Shown: positions 44,669 through 57,509 of the stretch, piece after piece | Layout: each line of letters begins with the position of its first letter | How positions within the stretch are numbered: the first letter of the stretch is position 1 | Origin: Antechinus flavipes | Taxonomy: Eukaryota | Reading direction: 5' to 3' | NCBI RefSeq assembly: GCF_016432865.1 | Contig: NC_067400.1 | Location: 620,001-684,000, forward strand | Length of the DNA: 64,000 nt | Translations under genes and position numbers: made by a program | Notes under the pieces: model-generated | Database searches by the model: none | What the model was told of the DNA's origin: nothing | Seen by the model: the letters and a program-made list of their open reading frames with translations, nothing else

Positions 44669-45749
44669 CCCATCCTCGGGCGCTCTCCCGATGGACGGGC
44701 CTTGGTCCGCACGGCACAGTTTGGACAGTTTCCATCTGTTTGCTCTTGCTCTGCAGGAGGTTAGGCCAGTCTCTACTGAGCAACCACATTAGCAGGAGGA
44801 AGTTGGATTCCCATTTGGGGACCTGAGGTGAATCCCATCCGTTCCACTCGTGGGAGGACATCTGAAGTACTTGGGAACCACGGCCACCGTCACGGCAGGA
44901 GATGCCCCAAGCTGGGGGAGCTCAGTATCAAACCAGGTCGGACCTGGCTTCGATCAAGCCCAGAGAAGCTCATTACTGGGTGGGCAGCTAATCAGTCCTT
45001 TGTTTTAACCACGGTGATTCATGCAGGCAGGCAGCCACAGGGGCTCAGAGCTGCAAGGTGAAGGCAGTGAGTCTCAGGGAACAAGAAGTCTCTGAGAGCC
45101 CTCCCCCATTCCCAGCCACCCCACCGCCCGTCACGGGACCCCCCAGACAGAGCCCCTCCTTTTGCCTGTTAATCCTGACCTTCCCACTTCTTTTCATGGT
45201 GTGACCTCCAGCAGACTTGGCTGGGCGTGGAAAGAGGCAGGCGGGGTGAGGGGTGGGGGGCAGGACTGCCTCCTTCCAGGGGTGGCTCTTTGGGCTCGTT
45301 CTTCTTGCTGACTGGCCTTTAGGAACTGGGAGCTCAGGATGCCTCCCCCCAGTCAGCCCAGGGGTACTCCGGCCTATAACCTTTTCTCCAAACCTGCTTA
45401 TGCTGGTGACTTCACTGGGTCTGACCAAGTTACTTCATATCTCATTTTCACAAGTTGTAGATCAGGCTGTTCCCTTTCTATCACACCCCCACCCCCATGC
45501 TCTTCCTGGCCCTCCCTGGCCCTCTCTGGCTCTTCCTAGGTCTCCGTATTGACTGGAAACAAGGCTCTCAGCAGCTCTCTGTGCCCTTCTGGAGATGTCC
45601 TGGGCCTTGCTGTTTGGGAGCTGCCCAGCCTCCCCTTTCCTTCGGAGCCACCCTGACAGCCAAGCCTGCCTCCCTTCCCCGTCTTCATCTTACCTCTTGG
45701 TTTATTATCTCGTGTTCGCCTTCTCCTTCTCTCCTCTCTCGGGGTTCTC

Positions 45750-45845
45750 CTCCTCCCCGACTCCCCTGGGATTCTCCTCCTCCCCTCCTCTCTCGGCCTT
45801 CTCCTCCTCCCCGACTCCCCTTGCTCTCTCTCCCCCACCTTCCTC
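45750..45845. repeat. Imperfect C/T-rich tandem repeat (ttctcctcctccccgactcccc)
   Basis: seen directly. Confidence 0.75.
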
Positions 45846-47139
45846 CCTTGGAAGCAAAAGGTCTAATTTGCGAAGAGCCCTGGAATGTCACAAGAGCCGC
45901 TTTCCTTTCCCTCGTCCTCGGCTACGCGGCGCCGAGATTCCGCAGAGTACAGAGCCGCCTGCTCGGCACAGAGTGTCGGGATGCTCTGAATAGCACCTTC
46001 TGATGGGAGGCAGCAGGGGGCTAGAAGGTAAATGCTTGCAGTGTAGGTGAGCAGCTGGCAGGCAGGTCAACCAGTTCTCCACATTTCCGTGGGGGGAGAG
46101 GGGGCATCCGACATATCTGGGGTGTCGATGGTCTCCCCACTTGCCCAGAATGACTGAGACCATGGAGGGGTGGGAACAGGTTTGTGATAGAAGCAGGTGG
46201 TGGACAGATAGCTAGGAAGTGAAAGAGTTCCTCCCCCCCGCAGGATGCAGACATTTAGCAGATGAAGCAGAAAGGAAGACGTCTAGGTGTGGGTGTTTGC
46301 AGTGTGGACGTTTTAGGAAGTGGCCCAGCTCCTTGCCCAGCCAGCAGTAGGTGCAGCTTAGCCAGGGGTCCACAAACCAAGTCCTCCCAGCTCTGGGATC
46401 GGTCCTCACTCCCGGGAAGGCCGCACTGTATTCAGGAGTCCCAGCTCTCTCCGGGCTCAGTGATAGCCCTGGGATCGGGAGCCTCCTTCTGGAGAGAGGG
46501 AAGGGAGAGGACTGAAAGCCCCGGGGGACATCTGGGGGGAAAGCCCCCGCTGGAGGGGGACAGCAGAGTTCAGGAGCTGTCCAGCTTCAGGAGAGCCAAG
46601 AGGCAAAGTCAGGGACACTCCCAGTCCCTAAGCCCCCAAGAGTGCCGGGAGGGTGGTTACCTGGTGGGGCAAAGGAGAGCTGAATATTTCTGTGGGATGG
46701 GGCTGGGTGATAGGGTGGTCAGAGGCAAGAGAACGCAAGGATGTGGGAATGGTAATAGGAATGGCAACAACAAAGTCCATCGCTGCGCTGGGATTTCAGG
46801 TGCGCAAAGTGGGTTCGTGTCCCCTCATGTGACAGCGAGTACGGGGAGAGATGGGAAAGGCTTTTCGCTAATGACAGGCGCTCACAGACTGGAGAGGTGG
46901 CCTCCAGGCCGCCCTTTGGATGTATTCAGTTCAGAGTGATGGGAACTGGAGGGAGCTCCTCGGGCCACTGCTGTTTATGAGATGAGGCGTGTCAGAATCA
47001 GCCCAGTGGGGGAAGGGGAAGAGACTGGGGTGGGGCAGAGGGGACAAGTGCTGGGAGTGTCCAAAAAGAAAAGGGGCTGGATCCCAGGAGCTCCCTGACT
47101 GAGGGGAATTGGGCTACGGCTGGCTCAGCAGCAAGGAGA

Positions 47140-47345
47140 GGCAGCTAGATGGCACCCAAAGACCAGAGTTCAAATGCGGCCTCGGACAATGACAGCTGAA
47201 ATTTGTCTGCCCGTTTCCTCAGCCAGAAATAGTGATGACAGCAGCTGCCTGCCGGGTTACTGGGAGGATCAAGTGAGATAAATATTTGGATAAACGGGAT
47301 ATTTGCAAAGCACTTAGTCAAGTATAGACATTATCTAAATGTTAG
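47140..47345 (+). mobile_element. MIR/Mar-type CORE-SINE (diverged)
   Basis: ggcagctagatggc..gagttcaaat..gtttcctc..ggatcaagtgagataa..tgcaaagcactt..taaatgttagt. Confidence 0.65.
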
Positions 47346-50300
47346 TTGGTATTTTTCTACCTAACAAGCACAGCTCGGCGTCCCTCCCTCGCTCCGAATC
47401 CACGTAGCCGGTCTCCTCTTCTTTCCCCAGTCTGAGAAGTTTACTCACTGGACGGTGGGCATCCATTTGGAGGAAGAGGTCTCGGGGCAACTTCAGAACG
47501 TGCACAAGGTCTGGCGGGACTCCATGGAACATGGAGGCGAGGTCCCGCTGTGCTCTGCCTTGGTCGGAACCGCCATGAGCCTCACGATTGGTTCTGGAAG
47601 CACAGTCCAGTTCATGGCACGTGAAGGGTTGTTTGTGACCGGCCATCTGACCACTGGTCTGCGTTTCGGTTGTATTAGAAACACTACCAGATCATTTTGG
47701 TCATCGTTGCTTTATAATGTAGCTTCGTAGCTCCCCTTCACTCTTGGTTTTTATAGTCATTTTCCTGACTATCACGTGTTCCTCCCAATTAGTTTTGGTT
47801 TGGCTTGGTCGGCTTCTCTAAAATCTCTCAGCACACTGAGCAAAAGAGGCCTTTTTGCTTCTCTGAGGCTCGCTTGCTTTGGGCCATTAGAGCCTAATGC
47901 AAAGGATTGTGGTGAGTTGTTGGGGGTTTTTCCCGCAACAAGTAATAAAAATTTAGCTCCCTTTAGCAAAGCATGCAGGAGTCTGAGCTTTCGGAGCTCC
48001 ACACCAGCCCCTCCGGGTTCAGAGTAGCCCGGACAACTTTCGGAGGCCCAAGTTTCTCAGTGTTGTTCACAAGCCCCCATCCGGTCCTCCTCAATGCCCA
48101 TCCACCAGCAGGCATCGATTGGGTTTTGGGAGAAGGCATTTATTGAGGGGGGACATCTCCTCCCTAGGAAGCAGCCCTCTCACACCTTTTCCCCTGGCGT
48201 ACACACCCAGCCAGCCCCGGGGGGGCCCTTTTGCCCATTTGCCCGAGCTCCCTGCCGATGGCAGGACCAGAGCCGGCCCTTTCAGATCGCAGCAGCTGCC
48301 AGCTTTCCTCACTCTGTAAGCCGTCACATTTTCCAGTTCTTGAAGACCCGGCTGGTCCTTTAGCCTTTCAGAGTTGATGAGATGATGACCTCATCTGGAG
48401 TCACCTGAGTTCAGGAAAAATAAAGGAGGCATCCCGCATTCACGGGCACATGGAAGTTGGGAGGGAGATCTGGGGCAGGGCTTCCCCTCCCCACTGGCCA
48501 CTCGGGAAGCTCTTGCTCCGTTTTTGGCGGGAAGGGCGGAGGACATGTAAACTCAGTTCTGACTGGGCAGCTGGCGGCTCACTGGTTCCTCTGGATCTGC
48601 GTCAGTCAGAGACCGCATCCCCACTGGCAGCAGCCTGCCGGCCTTCCTTGTCGTTCCTGCTCTCGGCCGCCTGTCTGGGTCCACTGCACGTTCCTCCCTT
48701 TCTCCCTCTGTCTGCCTCCTAGAGGGCCGGGCCCAGTGCCAGGACACTATTTCTACCCGACTGGCTCTGTGTGCGGCCCGGGCCCGGGTACCGTGGGTGT
48801 CAGCGACACGTGATCCCAAGTCCTCCTTCCTCCCACTTGCTGCCCCATGCCTAGGAGCAGACTTCCTCGACTTCCAAGTTCCTTGAAGAAATGTCCCTCT
48901 TTTTTCCCTCTCCTACAAAATGTGCTAGCAAGAAGCAGCTGCCATTGCATCTGGTCCCCAGATAGGGGTGCCCTCTCCCCGCTGGTCGGAAGGTCCCTGA
49001 TACCGGGGCGCCGCAGGATGCACAGAATCTCCAGACTGGAGGGGCTTTGGATGTCCCTGCTCCCGGGCCCAGGGAAGGGGAACCACCAGCTCCCAAAGCC
49101 ATGCTGGGACATTCACCCGAGACTCCCTCCACTCCGGGGGCCAAGCAGATGGCGAGGCCCTCCTTGCCACCAGCCCAAGCACAGGCTCGGCACCTGCTCC
49201 GTCCTTGCTGGAAGCCCCTCGTGGGTTTGCAAGGGGAGCCTCTTGTCTGCCAGGCCCAGCCGCATCTGCTGTGCTGGGGCCTGGGTCACTGAGGGACCTC
49301 GAGCCCTCCTTGTAAGGGGAAAGCTGGCCGCTGACCAGCTGATCAGCGTCGAGGTGTCCCAGCCAAAGTGACAGACGGTGAGTTAGCAAGGTCTCCATGC
49401 TTGGCTGCAGGAGGTGGGGCCCTTCCCTGGGGCCTCTGGGAAGATGCCCTTCTAAGCGGCTCTGTGCTCGCCAGCCCCATGCAGCCTCTCCGGCCCCTCC
49501 TGGGCGCTGCTGGCCAGCTCTGAGGTGGGGAAGCTGAGCCCGGGGTGCCATATTAGGTGCCTCCTGTGTCCCAGGGGCCGGACGTGTCCCTGCCCTCCCC
49601 GAGTCCCAGGCTTCAGGGCAGAGGGACACCCGGGGGGCCGGCGTCGAGCCCAGCCCAATTCTATTAAAATGCAGCCCTGCCTTTAAGCTCGTGCTCTAGG
49701 CTGTGGGGCCCAGAGGCCGGCGGGGCGGGGGGTGATCCTGAAAGGAACAGGGAGACACTGAAGATCCTCGAGCTGACTGGAGACATGAGGTTTGTGTTTG
49801 GGGGGATAATAATGTGTCACCTTGCGAGGGTGGGCTCAGGAAGACCCCCGGGAGACCAGATGACGAGGTTCTGAACCCAGTGAGGTGCACACAGGTAGAG
49901 AATGGGAAACAGATGCTGCAGCAGTCTGACACATCTGTGTTGGCAACTAATAGGATTTTGGCAGCTGGGCAACAGGAAGAGTGAGCGTCTGAGCCCTCTG
50001 CCTCCAACAGCCCACTGATGTGGTCTCCCCTGGGTCTGGGGGCTCTGTGCTAGAACGCAGATTTTGAGATTTTGGTCATTAACTTGCTAAGTGCCCCCAA
50101 TGCCGATTTGGGCCTTGGATCTGGGGGTTTCTCCTCAGGCTAAAGCTGAAGGCGAGAAGCCCCTGGAGCCGGCCAGGGTACACCTCACATTGCCTTTCTT
50201 CTTGAGCCTGTCCACCAGGGAAAGGCCCCGGGGCGCTGCTGTACCTTGTGGGAGGACAAAGTCTTCATATGAGAGGAGAGGGTGCACCCCAGACCCTAAA

Positions 50301-50939
50301 GGGGGGATCAGAGGAGGGAGTATTCCTCTCTTTGATTTCCCAGGAAACTTCCAAAACAGGTGGCAGTGCCAGGCGCTTGGCATGTTGAGGGGCAATGCCA
50401 GGCTCTTGGCACAGTGATGGCAGCACCAGGCGCTTGGCACGGTGACAGGTGGCACCCTCTGATCCCCACAGGTCAGGCCCTCTACACTCCTTGAGTCTGT
50501 TCCTTTGGGCACATTTCGTGCCTCTGTTGATTGTAACATCCCTCTAGGGCAGGGCTTGCCCTGTGCTTGTCCATGCTGGACCAGGCCATGGGAGACGCCT
50601 ATTAAAACCTGCCTGCGTTGAACTGAGCTGAAATGGGCTTAGGCCGGTGTCTCCCTGAGAGCCTGAGGAGGAGGAGGAGCGGCCATCTTGGACTTATTCA
50701 GCCAAATTAGAGAGTCAGGAATCCAACCCCATTCTTTCACTGAGAGAATCTTCAAATCAGAAGCTGAAGCTGGAAGCTGCTTAAAGGTGGCGCAGAGGAT
50801 GGGCTGATAAAAGAGTCAAGAAGACCTGAGTTCAGATCCAGTCGCAGACCCCTGGTTACCTGATCCTGCTGTTACCAGGAGCCCACGAGATCACGTCTGG
50901 GCTCCACAAACCTTGAGTGTTGGCTATTAACAAACACAT

Positions 50940-51095
50940 CTGCTCTTTAAAACCACCTCGTGAGTTAGACGCTATTACTATCCCCATGAAGAAACTGAGG
51001 CAGACTGAGGGGAAGTGACTTGCCTGGGTCACACAGCTAGTGAGTGTCTGAGGCAGGATTTGAATCCATGGCTTCCATGTGCTCGATGCACTGTC
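50940..51095 (-). mobile_element. MIR/Mar-type CORE-SINE
   Basis: atgaagaaactgaggcag..gtgacttgcc..gtcacacagctagtgagtgtctgaggcaggatttgaatcc. Confidence 0.8.
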
Positions 51096-53899
51096 CCCAG
51101 TTTATCCTCTTATCATTGTTGTTTGCTGTTATATGTCTGAGTGCAGCCTCTCAACCAAGGAGAGGTCCTTCAGCTCGGGAGTGTCAGGGATTTCTCCCAG
51201 AGCCCTCCCTGTAGGACGGTGGTGGGACCAGGGGCTTGGAGCAGGAGGAGGCTTTTTTCGAGGCCATCTCATTTGATCCTTCACATTCAGGATGAAGAAA
51301 TGGGGGACCTGAAGAAGTCCCAGTCCCCAGCCCTGGTCTCTGACAGCCTGATTCAAGGCTCCTGCCTGGGGTGGACTGGACCGAGGTCTAGAGGGGCCCC
51401 GCAGGCCCCTCTGCCTTGGGCAGCCTCAGAACTGGGGCTTTACTGTACACCCTTTAACACACCCACAGGGGGTCCTCAGCCTCCCAGAGCAGGGAGCTCT
51501 CTCTCTCCAGAAGCTACAGCAGAAACTGAATCCCCTCTCCCGGGAATCGGTCCCTCAGAAACTCCCGCTCAGCAATCCTGTCTCTGGAGTCTTGCCTTCT
51601 CCAGGCTAAACATCCCACTTCTTCTGCCAGGCCTCGGGGGCATGGATCCCAAGGTGGGTGATCGGGCCCTTGGGCTCCTTCAGGGCTGGAAACTGCCCTT
51701 CCTCCCAGCAGGTCCCAACCCCCCCCCCATTCGTTGTAGTTCCAGACAAGGGCAGAGATTTGGGTGAAAAATAGGACAGGCGGAAAAATATGACCTCCTA
51801 GTAATTACAGAGTCATTGCATTTTTCATGATTAACTTTGAGCCCGAGGATTGAATGCAGGAGCTGTGAGCAGAACATTTCCATTCTGTACCTGACATGAG
51901 CAATGGGAATATTCGTTCTGCCTGGGAGGATTACACCTCCCATTAATCTGAGTTTTATGGAAAGTTTAAATAACAGACAGGCACAATGCGATCAATTAAC
52001 GGACCAATTCCGCCGAGGTGTCCCACCAAATTGGATCGGGAGCCCGCGGCAGGCAGAGATGCTCCCAGGCCCCACCAGCTTCCCTTCCCAGTGAGGGTGT
52101 TTGTGTCCCCGGCCTGTGCGGCTCCTCCTGCAGCATTTCACAGGCTCTGGAGAGCCCAGGAGAGTGTCCTGCCATTTCCGGGCAGCCTGGCACCTCCAGC
52201 CCACCTAGCTTAACTAGGAAAAGAGCCCAGGGAAACCAGGGGTGAGAATTCTGCAGAGGGATAGGAGCCCTATCCAAGGAGGGCACCCCAACGGAAGGAA
52301 ACAAGCGTGTACATAGCACCTACTGTGTGCCAGGCGCTTCTGCCCCTCACCTCTCGCAACTCTACAGTGCCCCCTCCCATCGAGACCCTCCCTCTCCCTT
52401 CCTCCTCCCCTCCCGTGGCTGTCTCCATTCTGCATCTGGAGGCCGCAGCAGCTGCCCCCACCTTTGCCGGCCCATTCCTCTGCCCCTGCCCTCCTGGTGC
52501 CCTGTCCTCAGATTCTTTCCCGGCTTTTCTCCTTCCTCCTCGTTCCTTCTCTATTCTCCCAGTCATCTGGAAAGTGGTCCTCTTGTTCCCCTGTCACCTG
52601 TTTCCCCTGCGCCCTCCCCTGCGCCATTGCAGCCAGGGCTCCTTTCTGGTCGGGACAGAATGACCCGGAGGGCGGGCTGAATGCAAGCCCCAAGCGGCCT
52701 TCTGGTGCTTGTTGGGGGCGGTGGAGGAGTGGATGAGGGCGGGAGGAATGAGTCGCTGCTCTCTGGCCCCTCCTAGTCCAAATGGAGACCAAAGACAGTG
52801 GGAAGGAAGGGAGACGGGCGACAGCGCCCAAGGGTGAGGGCTGCCGGCTCTCTGCGCTGGGGGAGACAAGAACCCGGCTGCTGGCGAGCCTCCCATTGCA
52901 GCGGGGGAGGCAAGCATCCAACAAAGGGGGCGGAGCCTTTCGCATCACTGCTCCCCTGAAAAAGGCGTCCTCCGAGCCTCCTGGGTCCCGACTGGGCGAG
53001 AGACAAAAGTCCCGGACCAGGAGAGGCCCGTCCTGCCGGAGTCCGAATCCCGAAGTCTGACTAGCCGGAAGAGGCAGCGCGAGGGGCTTGCCCGGGGGAA
53101 GGTGCGCTGGAGAGCTGGGGTCCTGGAGCGGAGGCAGAACTTGGAACCATGGCGCGGAGGTACGAGGAGTAAATTGAGGCTTCTCCACAACGAGACCTTG
53201 AGTCTCGGGGCAGCCTCCTCCCTCCCGATAGAAGGAGGCGCCCCTGAGGCGAATATTGCTGGACAGCCCTTGGGAGCATCACAACGGACCCTTGTCCCGA
53301 TGTCTGCCCGGAGGAGAGGTTCCTGCGGAGAGGCCCTTGTGAAACCTAAGAGAGACCCACAATTCAGTTCACTTCAGTAGACATGGTAAGTGCCTACTGT
53401 GTGCCCGGTACTGAGCACGTGCTGAACCCCACCCGCCCCAAAAGATTTGGCGCAACCATTCTCCCAGGAAATACCAAGGGATGAAGAAAGCCAGACTGAC
53501 CTGTGCTCAGAGGGACGGCCGAGAGCTGGATCGAGGCGGGGGTGGGGGCAGAGTCCAACAGAGACAGACGCATTTGGCAAATTGGGCGGCACTTTTTGCA
53601 AAAATAGTTTGTCAGAGCGCACAAAGCAGCTGGTAACCCTGGGCTCATCGTAAGGGGGCATCATTCTTCTCTTGTTGCAGAGGAGAAGACTGAGTCTCAG
53701 AGAGGCAATCACGCAGCTGGGAAGCCTCACTGACAGCGTTTGGACCCAGGGCTCACAACCCAGAGTCCAGGCAGAGAGTTTCTCCATAGCTTTGCTGCGG
53801 TGATCCCTGCGCCATCCCCAGTGCTGGCTCACCACAGAATCTCCCTCCTCCATTACTGATGAATCTGGCCCCGCTGTTCTTTTTATTTTTTCAGAAAGG

Positions 53900-54270
53900 A
53901 AATAAATATTTTTAAAATGTAATACACATTATGAATCACGATAGGAAACAAAAATAAGAACAAATGGAAAAAACCATGGGAGAGGAAAAATCAAACAGGA
54001 AAAAGCCGTGACTGCAGCATGCGATGATTTACATTCAGTCTCCACAGTTCTCTCTGGATGCACATGGAGTTTTCTCTCCAGTCTATTGGATGGCCTGGGA
54101 TCACAGAACCGCTTAGAAGAACCGAGTCCGCCCACTGACCATGGCACAGTCTTGCTATCAAGGTGTACAGTGTGTCCTGGTTCTGTGCGTTTCATTCAGC
54201 ATCCGTTCGTGTAACGCTTTCCATGGCCTGGCCTTGTCAAACTCCAGCTGGATCCTGCTCATCACCACAG
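53900..54270 (-). mobile_element. Marsupial L1 3' end fragment
   Basis: acattcagtctccacagttctctctggatg..gtgtacagtgtgtcctggttctg..ttcattcagcatc.gttc.tgtaa.ctttcca. Confidence 0.7.
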
Positions 54271-54420
54271 GGAACCCTTCCAGAATGTTCCTGACGGTCA
54301 AGGTCAAGCTCACCAGCCTGTGGGTTTCTGACTCTTGTTCTCTGCTTTTTGAAAATCAGAATGACACCTGTCCTTCTGTTATTTGAGCTTCACCATCGAG
54401 CTTCTAAGGAAGGCAGTCCT

Positions 54421-54490
54421 TCAGTCAGTCAACAAGCATTTATTAAGTGTCCACTGTATACCAGGTACTCTACTAAGTTCTGGAGAACTC
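54421..54490 (-). mobile_element. L2 3' terminus
   Basis: tcagtcagtcaacaagcatttattaagtg..ctgt..ccagg.act.tactaag. Confidence 0.8.
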
Positions 54491-55269
54491 ACAGGTGAAA
54501 AACTATGGGAACGGGGGCTGGGCCAAAAGCCCATGAACATGCTTAATGGATGCAGCCCCGCGGGGACAACAGAGCCTGCTGATGGCCAAACCGAGCCCAG
54601 GGCCTGGAGCCCTCGGCTTCCCGGGGGCTGATGGGCTGATCCACATTTGGCCTTCTGGGCCACAGGACCTGCCACTTTCTTGCTGAGCCGGGTCCCTGCA
54701 GTTCCTGGAGTCCAGCTGGACTCTGTGGAAGAACACGTCCTGCCTCTAGAATTCCCATTTGGTAGGAAAGTGAAGGAAATGGCCCCTCTCTGAGGCTCCC
54801 CATGGGTCAGTGCTGCTCATGGGCCACCAGCCTGAGGACATCCATCCCCAGCTGATGAGCAGGGCCCACGCACCGACTTCTCCGGAGCTCTGGGGGCTGG
54901 GGAGGGGGCTCACTGCCTCCTCGAGATCTGTGAAAACAACAACAGACAATTAACCGAGTGCCGGCATTTCACCAGATCCAGGGAGGCTTCGGAGGTGACC
55001 TCCAACCTGACCACAGGGGCCTGCAGTTAGGGAAGGCCTGGGGAGATGGGCCAGCAGAGGAGAGCCCCCTCCTCTCACTGGGAAGATAAGAAGAATAGTG
55101 GGTACTCTATTCAGAGTCGGTGATGTTGGAGCTTCCCAATGTCCCCAGAGGGAGGTCAGCTCCTCTGTGTGCCCTTGGGCTCCTCCTCTGGGGTCTCAGG
55201 CAGAGCCTGGGGGGTTTCCTTTGGGGGAAAGTCCAAAGCGCACCATGACACTAAAAGTGAATGTGGGGG

Positions 55270-55330
55270 GGTTGTTTGTGTGTGTGTATGGGGTGGGTGG
55301 GTGTGAGCTATGTTTGTAGTACATGATGTA

Positions 55331-55361
<31 letters not shown>

Positions 55362-55460
55362 AGCATGTAGTGACGTGTGTGTGGTGTGTGGCACAGTTTT
55401 GTGGTGTGTCACATGTGGTGTGTATTGGTGTGTGTGACACGTGTGCGTGTGCGTGTGTTG
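55270..55460. repeat. (TG)n-rich low-complexity tract
   Basis: pure (TG)n near 55335-55360 inside a degenerate GT-rich tract. Confidence 0.9.
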
Positions 55461-57276
55461 TGAAAGGCATTTTGTAGAAAAGTGTGGGGTCAGTGTCCCC
55501 CCTCCCCTCCCCCATGGGAGGAGAGCTCTGTTGACTGTTTCCGGCCACTATTCCTCCCATACACATTTTCTGCCATGCTTTGCGCCCCTTTCCATCACCT
55601 GTGCTTTTCGTGGCATGAAACCCCCCCCCCAGGGATCTTGGGAGCAGCTCCCTGCTTTGGAGGAGACGGGTCAGATTCCTTTGGCATTTTCCTGGGGGCC
55701 ACAAAGCCTGGGTGAGGTCTGTGTGACCCTAAGAAATGACCCTATGTTATACTGTAACCGATTTAACATATATAGGACTGCTCGCCGTCTAGGGGAGGGG
55801 GTGGAGGGAGGGGGAAAATAGGAACAGAAGCGAGTGCAAGGGATAATGTTGTAGAAAAAATTACCCCGGCATGGGTTCTGTCAATAAAAAGTTATTTTAA
55901 AAAAAGAACAAAGAAATGATCCTATGTGAGGGACAGTTTTCCAGAGATGACTGGTCCATGCGAGTGCAGAGAGAGAGATGAAAGACCTGCGAAGTCTGGG
56001 GAATGGAGCACCCCCTTTCTGGGTTAAATCCTACTTGTCCTGGTCTTCCCGGCTGGGAGATACGGACAATCACCTTCTTTTGGATGAGGGCACATGGCTC
56101 CCCATGCGTGCAGTGGCCAGGTCCCCAGGAGCCTGCGCCAGCCCCATAGAGTACAAGGGGGAGCCCCGGCTTGGAGTCCAGGATTCCGGGCACCCATCTT
56201 GGCACAAACAGCAAGCGCGCCCTCTGGGCCTCGGGGGCCACCGAGTGTGGGGACTGGGAGGAGGGGGTTCCAGCGTCACTCTTGGCTCCGGCGCCTCCTG
56301 CCCTGGGTGACTTTGAGGCTTAGAGCAAGGAGCCAGAGAGGAGCCTGGGGGTGGGAAATGGAGCTCGCTGGACCGGAACTCCGCTGGGTGCTTGTGTTAA
56401 TAACTGATATCTGAGGGGAATGGAGGAGAAGGCAGGAGGAGATTGATGGAGTCTCCAAGCATCCAGTCGAAATTAAATGTGGTGAGAAAAGTGGGTTTCC
56501 ACGTTTAATTGTCTTCTCCACAGTAACCGTGCGTCAGCCTCCCCTAAAAGCCTATTAATGCCGTAATTTAGTGCCGGCGGCAGGTGAGGGATGGACAGGG
56601 CCGGGGCTGCTTCTCCTCCCTTCATTGACAAGCTGTCAGCGAGTGTCAGGATTAGCGTTGCTCTCTCCTTGAACACTCCAAACACCCCGAATTAAGGAGG
56701 TTTTATAGTCGATTTAATAAAAACCTGCTTGCACATCAGTTAGCAAAAATGGATTCGGTGACATTGTACGTAAGGATTTTAATTGCAGCCAAAAATAACC
56801 TGACATGTTAGGGGGAGGCTGGTGAGAGACGGATGGCCCGGGTAACTCGGGCGGCACGGCTGCCAACGGCTATGGAGGGTGACGGATGAGCCCGGGGCCC
56901 CAAGCTGCCAGGCTGAGCCCAAGCGCCCCTCTGGGGCCCGATGACCCTGCGGCCATTCCCCCACCTGCGGATCTCCCCAGCCGGGATGCAGGGAGATGTC
57001 CGAGGAGGACTGGTCGGGGGGATGCAGCTCTGCACAAGAGACAGAGGGACCCGACGCACTCCTCTGCTGAGTTCTTCCTTCAGGAAGAGAGACAGAAACA
57101 CAGGGATCCTGGTGGGCGCAAGGGTGGCTGCAAAGGGCAGGGTTGGCAGGCGGAGTCAGACTCTGAGTGGGGCAAGGTACCGCAAAGAACACCTGGCCCA
57201 AAGCACGTGTCAGAGAGAGGCCGCCATGAGCCGCCCCCTTACACCCCCCGACATGACACGCTGCCCCCTTACACAC

Positions 57277-57509
57277 NNNNNNNNNNNNNNNNNNNNNNNN
57301 NNNNNNNNNNNNNNNNNNNNNNNNNNNNNNNNNNNNNNNNNNNNNNNNNNNNNNNNNNNNNNNNNNNNNNNNNNNNNNNNNNNNNNNNNNNNNNNNNNNN
57401 NNNNNNNNNNNNNNNNNNNNNNNNNNNNNNNNNNNNNNNNNNNNNNNNNNNNNNNNNNNNNNNNNNNNNNNNNNNNNNNNNNNNNNNNNNNNNNNNNNNN
57501 NNNNNNNNN
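57277..57509. other. Assembly gap (233 N)
   Basis: run of n. Confidence 1.

Noticed and set aside
47410-47730. Acceptor-like tract plus 91-aa frame (MGIHLEEEVSG...)
   Set aside because: No homology recognised and no partner exons; insufficient support for a gene.
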